Shown here one piece after another: positions 54,200 to 64,000 of a stretch of 64,000 bases of DNA (positions are counted from its first letter, which is position 1; each line of letters starts with the position of its first letter). This DNA comes from Mustelus asterias. Taxonomy: Eukaryota. The stretch lies in NCBI RefSeq assembly GCF_964213995.1, contig NC_135804.1, positions 58,838,001 to 58,902,000 on the forward strand. The letters run 5' to 3'. The position numbers and the translations under genes are program-made. The notes below the pieces were generated by a model. It was not told the DNA's origin, did no database searches, and saw only the letters and a program-made list of their open reading frames with translations.

Positions 54200-57125
54200 A
54201 TAGAAGATAGGAGGAGGCCATTTGGCCCTTGGAGCCTGCTACCCCATTCATCATGATCATGGCTGATCATCCAACTCAATAGCCTAATCCTACTTTCTCC
54301 TCCTAACCTTTGATCCCATTCACCCCAAGTGCTTTATCTAGCTGCCTCTTGAATACATTCAATGTTTTGGAACCAACTGATTCCTGTGGTAATGAATTCC
54401 ACAGGCTCACCACTCTTTGGGTGAAGAAATGTCTCCTCATCTCTCCTAAATGGTCTACCCTGAATCCTCAGACTGTGACCCCTGGTTCTGGACTCCCCCC
54501 ACCATCGGGAACATCCTCCCTGCGTCTATCCTGTCAAGTCCTGCTAGAATTTTATAAGTCTGAGATTCCCCCCTCATTCATCTGAACTCCAGTGAAAACA
54601 ATCCTAACCTAGTTAATCTCTCCTCATACATCAGTCCCTATGTGGCACAAATGAAGATGGAGATTAATCATCTCAGCCCTAGTACACCATTGCAGGACTT
54701 TCTCAGGGTAGTGCCCGAGACCCAATCGCCTTCAGCTGCTTCATCAATGACATTCATTCAATCAAATATGGGTTTGACTGCACAATGTTCAGCACCATTC
54801 GCAACTCCTAACATACTGAAGCAGTCCATGCACAAGTGCAGCAAGACCCAGACAGCATCCAGGTTTTTGGCAAACAAGTGGCAAGTAATATTCATGCCAC
54901 ACAAGTGCCAGGCAATGACCATCTCCAACAAGAGATGATCCATTGCCCCTTGACACTTGATGACATTACCGTCACTGAATCCCACACGATCAATATCCAT
55001 TGACCAGAAACTGAACTGGACTAGCCATAAAAATACTGCCACTACTAGAACAAGATGAAAGTTAAGAATCCTGTGGCGAGTAACTCACTTCCTGACTCCC
55101 CAAATCCTGTCCACCATCTACAAGGCAAAAGTCAGGAGTGTAATGGAATACTGTCCATTTGCCTGGATAAATGCAGCTCCAAAAACACTGAAGAAGCTGG
55201 ACACCATTCAGGACAAAGCAGCCCAATTGATTGATACCCTTTCTCAAACTATCTACAAGATGCATTGCAGGCGCTGAGGTTCCGAAGGCAGAACCTTCCA
55301 AACACACGGCCACTACTGTCCAGAAGGATAAGGTCAGCTGATACCTGCAAACACCACCACCTGTACAAAGAACAAACAAAGAACAGTACAGCACAGGAAA
55401 CAGGCCCTTGGGCCCTCCGAGCCTGTGCCACTCATTGGTCCAACTAGATCATTCGTTTGTATCCCTCCATTCCCAGACTGCTCATGTGACTATCCAGGTA
55501 AGGCTTAAACAATGCCAGCGTGTCTGCCTCCACCACCCTACTTGGCAGCGCATTCCAGGCCCCCACCACTCTCTGTGTAAAAAACGTCCCTCTGATATCT
55601 GAGTTATACCTCGCCCCTTGAGCCCGTGACCCCTCCTGATCGTCACCTCCGACCTGGGAAAAAGCTTCCCACTGTTCACCCTATCTATACCCTTCATAAT
55701 TTTGTACACCTCTATTAGATCTCCCCTCATTCTCCGTAGTTCCAGGGAGAACAAGCCCAGTTTACCCAATCTTGTAAGTTCCCCTCCAAGTCACTTACCA
55801 TCCTGACTTTGAAATTCATGCTACTCCTTCACTATCCTTGGGTCGAAATCCTGTGATTCCTTTGATAACAACACTGTGGGTGCACCTCAGGAACTGCAGC
55901 AGTTCAAGAAGGCAGCTTATCACCACCTTCTCAAGGACAAATAGGGATGGTCAGCAAATGGTAGTTTTTAAAAATTCATTGGTGGGATATGGGTGTCGCT
56001 GGCTGGCCAGCATTTATTGCCCATCCCTAGTTGCCCTTGAGAAGGCAGTGGTGAGCCACGTTCTTAAATCACTGCAGTCCATGTGCTGTGGGTTGACCCA
56101 CAATGCCATTGAGGGAATTCCAGGGTTTTGACCAAACAACTGTGAAGGAACAGCAGCAATATATTTCCAAGTCAGGACGGTAAGTGCCTTGGAGGGGAAC
56201 TTGTGGTGGTGCTCCCATGTATCTGCTGCCTTTGTCCTTCTCGATGGAAGTGGTCGTGGGTTTGGAAGGTGCTGTCCAAGAATCATTGGTGAATTGCTGC
56301 AGTGCATCTTGTAGATAGTACACACTGCTGCTATTGAGCGTCAGTGGTGCAGTGAGTGGATGTTGTCAAGCTTCTTGAATGTTGTTGGAGCTGTACCCAT
56401 CCAGACAAGTGGGAAGTATTCCATCACACTCCTGACTTGTGCCTTGTAGATGGTGAATAGTTTTTGGGAAGTCAGGAGGTGAGTTACTTGCCACAGTATT
56501 CCTAGCCTTTGACCTGCTCTTGTAGCCACTGTGTTTACGTGGTGGGTCCACTTGAGTTTCTGGTCAATGATCACCCCAAGGATGTTGAGAGTGGGGAATT
56601 CAGTGATGGTAACACCATTGAATATCAAGAGGCGGTGGTTAGCGTGTCTTTTATTGGTGATGGTCATTGCTTGGCATTTGTGTGGTGCAAACGTTACTTG
56701 CCACTTGTCAGCCCAAGCCTGGATATTGTCCAGATCTTGTTGCATTTGAACATGGACTGCTTCAGTATCTGAGGAGTCGTGAATGGTGCTGAACATTGTG
56801 CAATTATCGGCGAACATTCTGACTTCTGACCTTATGACGGAAGGAAGGTTATTGATGAAGCAGCTGAAGGTAGTTGGGTCTAGGACACTGCCCTGAAGGA
56901 CTCCTGCAGAGATGTCCTGGAGCTGAGATGACTGACCTTCCACAACAACAACCATCTTCCTATCTATCAGGTATGACCCCAACCAGCGGAGAGTTTGCTA
57001 CTGATACACATTGATTCCAGTTTTGCCAGGACTCCTTGATGCCACACTCATTTGGATGCGGCCTTGATGTCAAGAGCTGTCACTCTCACTTCACCTCTGG
57101 AATTCAGCTCTTTTGTCCATGTACT
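54200..57125. mobile_element. Cluster of CR1 and CR1/L2-clade LINE fragments on both strands (1-500 is the duplicate of the last part)
   Basis: ORF 56341-56982 GVLQGSVL..MFAD..WADKWQVTFAPHKC; CR1 3' ends at ~54200-54640 and ~55370-55770; a related + copy at ~27850-28770. Confidence 0.85.
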
Positions 57126-60100
57126 CCAGCTAGCGATGCCCAAATCCCATAAATGAATTAAAAATCACATTTTCCCACATTATACATTATCTGCCAAATT
57201 TTGAACCACTCACTTAACCCATTAATGTCCCTTTGCAGACTTTGTGTCCTGCTCAGAACTTGCTTTCCCACCCACTTTTTAGTACCATCAATTAATTTAG
57301 CTTGTTGGCTGCATGCAAATACAATGATTTCTTTTTACTACATTTCCCTACTCTGACCGTATTTGCTCCTGCACTCTTATGTTTGTATGCTCTGCTCCTG
57401 TCAAATTGTGGCTATCATTACTCATATCTTTAACCTGCCGTCTTGCCTTGTTCTTTCTTTTCAACTCTCAGCACTAGGCACCTTCCTAATACCTCTGGTT
57501 ATGATATGAAATGTGTTAACCAAGCAACTGGGCATATAGGAACCTCCTATTTTTGGAACAATTTGAATTATGAAAATGTTATCAGTTGGAAGAATATTTC
57601 ACAATAAATACTAATATTTATCTTGCCCTTACAAATCATAGAATCCCTACAGTGCACAAAGAGGCCATTCAGCCCATTATGTCTACACTGACTCTCAACA
57701 TAGCATCTTTCCCAGGCCCATCCCACACCCTATCCTCATAACCCTACATATTTACCTCACTAATCTCCCTAACCCTACATGTCTTGGGATACCAAGAGGC
57801 AATTTAGCATGGCCAATTCACCTAACCAGCACATCTTTGGACTGTGGGAGGTAACCGGACAGGGGGAGAATGTGCAAGCTCCACACATTCACCCAAGGTT
57901 GGAATTGATCCCAGGTCCCTGGTGCTATAAGGCAGCAGGGCTCACCACTGTGCCACCCTTAATAATAAAGGCATGTGGGCAAAAAAAGAATTGATGCTAA
58001 AACATTATAAATCACTTGTAAGTCCTCATTGGTGTATCATGCCCCATTCTGGGAACAACATTGTTGGGAGTGTTAGAAAGCAGGGGTAGGTTCAAGTGAT
58101 CTCAGTCTGTATTGTTGGATATTAGAAATAAGGTATGGATTTAAGTGAGTTTAATTTAATGTTTCTGTGTAAGAAAGGATAAAACTCCGATTAGATTCTT
58201 GTTAAACAAAGGTGCATACATGTATGGGGCGAGGGGGGGGGGGGGGCTAGTTGTTGGTTTCATTTTAAACTGTTTCTATTGTACTTAGAGAGTTTACAGC
58301 ATGAAAAGTAAGCAAGAGCTTGGAGAAAGATTGAGCTTTTGTTTAGCAACTAGGGGCCATCTTTAGGGAAAAAGACCTTGTGTTTTTAATTTAACTGAAC
58401 CCATGGCAGATAGAACTTAGCAGCTAGAGAGACAGCAGCTCACTCAGCTCTGCCAGAAGCAAGACAGTGAAGTAATAGGCAAGAATGCATGTCCCAGACA
58501 CTAAAAAACAGTTAGTTCTAGAAACCAGAGAATGAAAAGAGAGGTCGCAGGAAACTGAAGTTTTGAGAACAAGACTGAAAGAAACTGAACAATTGTACTA
58601 TTTATTGAAGTTAAGGACAGAGCTGAGAAGTACAGACTTAGTGATGTTGCTTAGTGAGAAGCCAAAGGTCTGACGTAATCATAGGGTTGGTGATATCTTG
58701 TTGCAGCCTGCGAAGCAATAGGTGAAACAATTGTGAAGCAATTGGTGGTTCGATCCCTGAGAGATTGTGTGGAAAACGTGAAAGCACGTGCCTATTCAAG
58801 ACAAATGAATTACTGAAAGGATAGTTGGAAATCCTGGAAGTGAATCCTTTCTGGAAACAGTTGAGGGCAAGCATTGTTTGAAAGAAGATTTTAAGGCATG
58901 CCTTTTCGAGAATGATGATGTGGAGTTGCTGGCATTGGACTAGTGTAGGCACAATAAGTCGTCTCACAACACCAGGTTAAAGTCCAACAGGTTTACTTGG
59001 TAGCACGAGCTTTCGGAGCTTTTGGAGCACTGCTCCTTCATCAGGTGAGTCTCTCCTGACGAAGGAGCAGCGTTCCGAAAGCTCATGCTACCAAATAAAC
59101 CTGTTGGACTTTAACCTGGTGTTGTGAGACTACTTACTTTCCGAGAGTGCAGTCTAAAAACACTCGTGTGAATGCTGGAGTACAGTGATGTTAGTTGGCT
59201 CACAGTGTAATAAGCATCTGGGAGATTTGAGGGAAAAAAACATAGAAGTTCGACTGGGTGGCATTTGTCACTGGATTTCAGAGTGGGTGTTTTCTGACCA
59301 CAGTTAGCCTGTTGCGTTACAAGGGTGGTGTATTTATTGAGAATATTCTAGCCTAAGATGTATTTGCAACCTGTGTCATCCTTAAGATTTTCTGTTGTTA
59401 ACAGCTCATTGACAGTCCTGTGATTCGGTTCATCCATGTTTTCTAAAATAAAATGTAAAAGTTACGGTCTTTTGAGCGAGGATCTATTCTGGGACCTTCC
59501 CTTCCAGTAGCAACATCAATTGGGATTGTAACAGAAGGATGCAAGGCTTGGGAGCAGTTGTCGAGGAGATTTACTAGAACCGTACTGGAGGGAGGGACTT
59601 ACGTTGGGGAGACTAGAGAACCTATTATTGTTCTCCTCAGAGCAGAGAAAGAGAAAGTGTGTTCAAAATTGGGAGAGATTTTGACGAGAAAATAAGGAGT
59701 GTTTTCAATGATGGTTGGTTCAATGTCCAAGAGACAGAGACTTCGGATCATCAAAATCATCAGAGGTAGATGAGCGTTGTAGTCTGGAATGCACTTCCTG
59801 AAAAAGGCGGGGGGGGGGGGGGCAGACGCAGATTCCCTTGAATAAACAAAAATGAAGGATCATATGTAATGAGTGGGGAGTTGGACTAATTGAATAATTA
59901 TCTCAACGAACTGGCACAAAGAGAATAGCCTCCTCTTGGGGCTGCCCCTTATTTCTTTCGATGCACTTCAGTTCTACGCTCCTAATCTTCACCCATGCAG
60001 AGGCGGGTGGGCAGGGGGAAGGAGGAGGACCGCCTCTTGGGCCTGGCCAAGTTGGCCGTTAAGAGGTCCAGGCAGCCGGCAGTCGAGTTGGTCGTCTGCC

Positions 60101-60441
60101 CCTTCACGGCGGCTACGTTCACAGCAAGCTGGATTTGGAGAGGGAGCAGGCTGTGTCTACTGACACATTTCAGGTCGATGGGCGCCACAGGGGCTGGGGA
60201 TGCATGATCATGCCCCGGTACTGACATTTATGGTCCAGTTAGTTAAGGTCTTTTGCCATTTGTTTTAGTTACAATGTCCCACCCGGCGCTATCATCCTCT
60301 GTCCTTTTGATTAATATCAGACCTTTCGTTCTTTTGTAAGATTTAAAAATATGAATTAACTACTTATCGGATTGATTGCAATATTTATTTCAATTCCTCC
60401 CTAATCCCTCTTTTTGGAGTATAAAAACATTGTCTTCTTAC

Positions 60442-60485
60442 CGCCTCCTCACTCTGACCGGCTTCCACAGAATTTCTTTTAACAC
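60442..60485 (-). CDS. Receptor copy B, exon 5 (juxtamembrane cytoplasmic)
   Basis: Identical by eye to 3838-3881. Confidence 0.8.
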
Positions 60486-61046
60486 CTGGAGAAAAGAAGA
60501 ACTTGAGCTTGAGTAACTTTCTGAGTGTCAGCAAAACCAACACCATGCTTTCCATTCTGAACACTTTTACTGTCTAAAGGAAGGAGCCTTGAAAATTGAA
60601 ATGTTCCATAGTGATGCTACCCCCAATGGAGCGCACTGCCTTTAGTGTGATAGTGATGAACATGTGAAAAGAGAGTCGGCAAGCTGTTTTATGTCGCTAA
60701 ATTACAATTGAAATACGACCAGAGGGAGACGTAAAACAGTCTGCCAGTTCCATATCAGCCGTTTTACATTGTCGCAGGAAATAAGAGTGTTTACACTACA
60801 AGGTCCTGATATTTTTAAAAATGCGGAACGTTAAGGAGGTGTACAAATTGAATAAACAGTTCGAATGGGAAGATTGAACATCTGCATTTCAAAATTGATT
60901 TGCGTTGCCATATTCAACTCTCAATCACACAACGCTCTTGTGGCATCAACTTCATTCTTTAAAGGTGCAGCAAGGTGCTCTTTATTCCCTATAATGAAGC
61001 ACTATTCACCCGCCGTTTATGTCTTAACAGTTTAATTGCGCATAAC

Positions 61047-62437
61047 TGTCAGCTTAACGTCTGTAGTAGGGAAAATGCCGGAATCCATTATTAAAGAGGA
61101 GATAGCAGGGCATCTGGATAGAAATGGTTCGATCAATCAGACGCAGCATGGATTCATGAGGGGAACTCGTGCTTGACGAACATGTTGGATTTTTATGAAG
61201 ATGTGACTAGGGCGGTTGATGGAGGAGAACCGGTGGATGCGGTGTTTTTGGATTTCCAAAAGGCGTTTGATAAGGTGCCCCATAAAAGGCTGCTGAAGAA
61301 GATTAGGGCACACGGAGTTGGGGGTAGTGTGTTAAAGTGGATTGGGGACTGGCTATCCGACAGGAAGCAAAGAGTCGGAATAAATGGGTGTTTTTCCGGT
61401 TGGAGGAAGGTAACTAGTGGCGTGCCGCAGGGATCGGTACTCGGGCCGCAACTATTTACCATTTATATAGATGATCTGGAGGAGGGGACGGAGTGTAGGG
61501 TAACGAAGTTTGCAGACGACACAAAGATAAGTGGAAAAGTGAGTCGTGTGGAGGACGGAGAAGATCTGCAGAGAGATTTGGACAGGCTGAGTGAGTGGGC
61601 GAGGATATGGCAAATGGAGTATAACGTTGATAAATGCGAGGTTATACACTTTGGAGGAAATAATAACAAATGGGATTACTATCTCAATGGAAACAAATTA
61701 AAACATGCTACCGTGCAAAGGGACCTGGGGGTCCTTGTGCATGAGACGCAAAAGCCCAGTCTGCAGGTACAACAGGTGATCAAGAAGGCAAATGGGATGT
61801 TGGCCTATATCGCGAGGGGGATAGAATATAAAAGCAGGGATGTCTTGATGCACCTGTACAGGGCATTGGTGAGGCCGCAGCTGGAATACTGTGTGCAGTA
61901 TTGGTCCCCTTATATGAGGAAGGATATATTGGCATTGGAGGGAGTGCAGAGAAGGTTCACCAGGTTGATACCGGAGATGAGGGGTTTGGATTATGAGGAG
62001 AGGCTGAGGAGATTGGGTTTGTACTCGTTGGAGTTTAGAAGGATGAGGGGGGATCTTATGGAGACTTATAAGATAATGCGGGGGCTGGATAGGGTGGAGG
62101 CGGAGAGATTCTTTCCGCTTAGTAAGGAAGTTAAAACTAGAGGACACAGCCTCAAAATAAAGGGGGGTCGGTTTAAGATAGAGTTGAGGAGGAACTTCTT
62201 CTCCCAGAGGGTGGTGAATCTCTGGAATTCTCTGCCCACTGAGGTGGTGGAGGCTACCTCGCTGAATATGTTTAAAGCGCGGATGGATGGATTCCTGATC
62301 GGTAAGGGAATTAAGGGTTATAGGGATCAGGCGGGTAAGTGGTACTGATCCACGTCAGATCAGCCATGATCTTATTGAATGGCGGGGCAGGCTCGAGGGG
62401 CTAGATGGCCTACTCCTGCTCCTATTTCCTATTTCTT
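61047..62437 (+). mobile_element. Young 5'-truncated CR1 LINE, specific to copy B
   Basis: Uninterrupted 391-aa RT C-terminal ORF (LDFQKAFDKVPH, GVPQGSVLGP, KFADDTK) and CR1 3' tail; ATAAC duplicated at 61042-46 and 62438-42; empty site at ~4439 in copy A. Confidence 0.95.
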
Positions 62438-62480
62438 ATAACAAAATAAAAGTTTGCGGTGAAATAAGAAAGCTTCTTAC

Positions 62481-62579
62481 CAGCTGAAGCTTTTAATTTG
62501 AGTCTCGTCAAAATAATTATCAACAGTACAACAGCCAATGCGCCGCCTGCACATCCGAAAATGAGCGTAAATTCGATTC
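62481..62579 (-). CDS. Receptor copy B, exon 4 (transmembrane)
   Basis: Identical by eye to 4482-4580 with the same splice sites. Upstream exons would lie right of the window. Confidence 0.88.
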
Positions 62580-64000
62580 CTGAAATAGCTACAAGATCAA
62601 CAAATGATTGAAATAAGAAACTATAGAACACAGCGAGAATTATACACAGTCTTGGGTCTAGCACGGGAGGGCGCGGTGCAAAGTTGTCTTTCCTGTAATT
62701 GTGTCCATTTACTCTGTGTGGGGACCGACACTTTTATTTCTATAGGCAGTAGCTATAGGAGGATTATAACGTGACCCAAACGACAGTAACGCGATTTATG
62801 GAGGAAACTAATCTATAAAGGCGCAGGAAGTTTCTCTCTAGACGTGAGGGCTTTTCGGTCAGAGTAAAGGGACTTACATTTGTGCCACGCCAGACAGACG
62901 CGCACCGGCTACAAAGAGACGCAAAGTTTTTCATTCTTCAGCACTGACAACGAGAGAATACCTACTGTAGCTCTTTGTAGGTAACAAGAACAGCTTGCAT
63001 TTAACATTCCAAAACGCCCAAACGCAGCGTTATCAAACACAATCAAACCACATAAATAATATTATGACAGCTGGAGGTAGAGTTCAAGGAGCGTCGAAAA
63101 TGAGAGAGTTGGAAAGGCGGGGATACTCAGAGCGGGAGTTGGATTCAGACAGCGGAAGGCACTGTGCGGAGATAACGATTTTATCATACATCCAAATCAA
63201 ATATTCAGGATATAAAAGTGACTACTAAAACTGATCATTTTTGTGTGTACGTTTATTTCACTTGGCAAGAATTTGACGAGGAATAAGCACATCAATCATA
63301 GAACCATAGAAAAGTTGGGGCGGCACGGTAGCACAGTGGTTAGCACTGCTTCTTCACAGCTCCAGGGACCTGGGTTCGATTCCCGGCTTGGGTCACTGTC
63401 TGTGTGGAGTTTGCACATTCTCCTCGTGTCTGCGTGGGTTTCCTCCGGGTGCTCCGGTTTCCTCCCACTGTCCAAAGATGTGCGGGTTAGGTTGATTGGC
63501 CAGGCTAAAATTGCCCCTTAGTGTCCTGAGTTGCGTAGGTTAGAGGGATTAGCGGGTAAATATGTAGGGATTAGGGGGTAGGGCCGGGGTGGGATTGTGG
63601 TCGGTGCAGACTCGATGGGCCAGATGGCCTCTTTCTGCGCTGTAGGGCTTCTATGATTCTAAAATTAAAGCACAGAAGGAGGCCACTCGGCTCATCTTTT
63701 CCATGCCAGCTGCATGGTGCCCTTTCTAATCTCACCTTCCTGCGTCCGGCCCATAGCCCTGTGGCTTACTTAAGGAGTTTAACAACACCAAGTTAATGTC
63801 CAACAGGTTTATTTGGTAGCAAAAGCCACACAAGCTTTCGGAGCTCCAAGCCCCTTCTTCACCTGAAAGCTCCGAAAGCTTGTGTGGCTTTTGCTACCAA
63901 ATAAACCTGTTGGACATTAACCTGGTGTTGTTAAACTTCCTACTGTGTTTACCCCAGTCCAACGCCGGCATCTCCACATCATGCTTACTTAAGGTCCAGA

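Larger units (their letters stand above)
56627..64000 (+). repeat. Tandem segmental duplication, copy B
   Basis: As for copy A; carries two extra insertions (61047-62437 and 63776-63982). Confidence 0.97.

Overview
Eukaryotic, repeat-rich vertebrate DNA. The repeat repertoire (V-SINE/HE1-like and Deu-type SINEs, CR1, RTE, Rex/Babar, Tx1, Penelope-like elements) points to a shark; this is inference. Most ORF-track entries are retroelement debris. The main content is a minus-strand, spliced, non-rearranging Ig-superfamily receptor gene: leader, V domain with germline J-like motif (GTGTQLTV), one C1 domain, TM, and a tail with four Tyr motifs (SIRP-alpha-like). It is present as two partial copies in a ~56.6-kb tandem duplication (1..~5.8 kb recurs from 56627). 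Copy A gives exons 1-5 (10447..3838) and copy B exons 4-7 (62579..51494), so a composite protein can be reconstructed. Between them lie a decayed V-C1-(TM) paralogue at ~25.2-27.8 kb and the last two coding exons of NUDT21/CPSF5 (42735-44264), for which I found no upstream exons. The tail is built from tandem two-tyrosine exon modules, one of them dead. Penelope-derived palindromes carry minimal hammerhead ribozyme motifs with covarying stems, and a 4-kb inverted Penelope insertion sits just past the receptor stop codon. All calls are manual; repeat boundaries are approximate.
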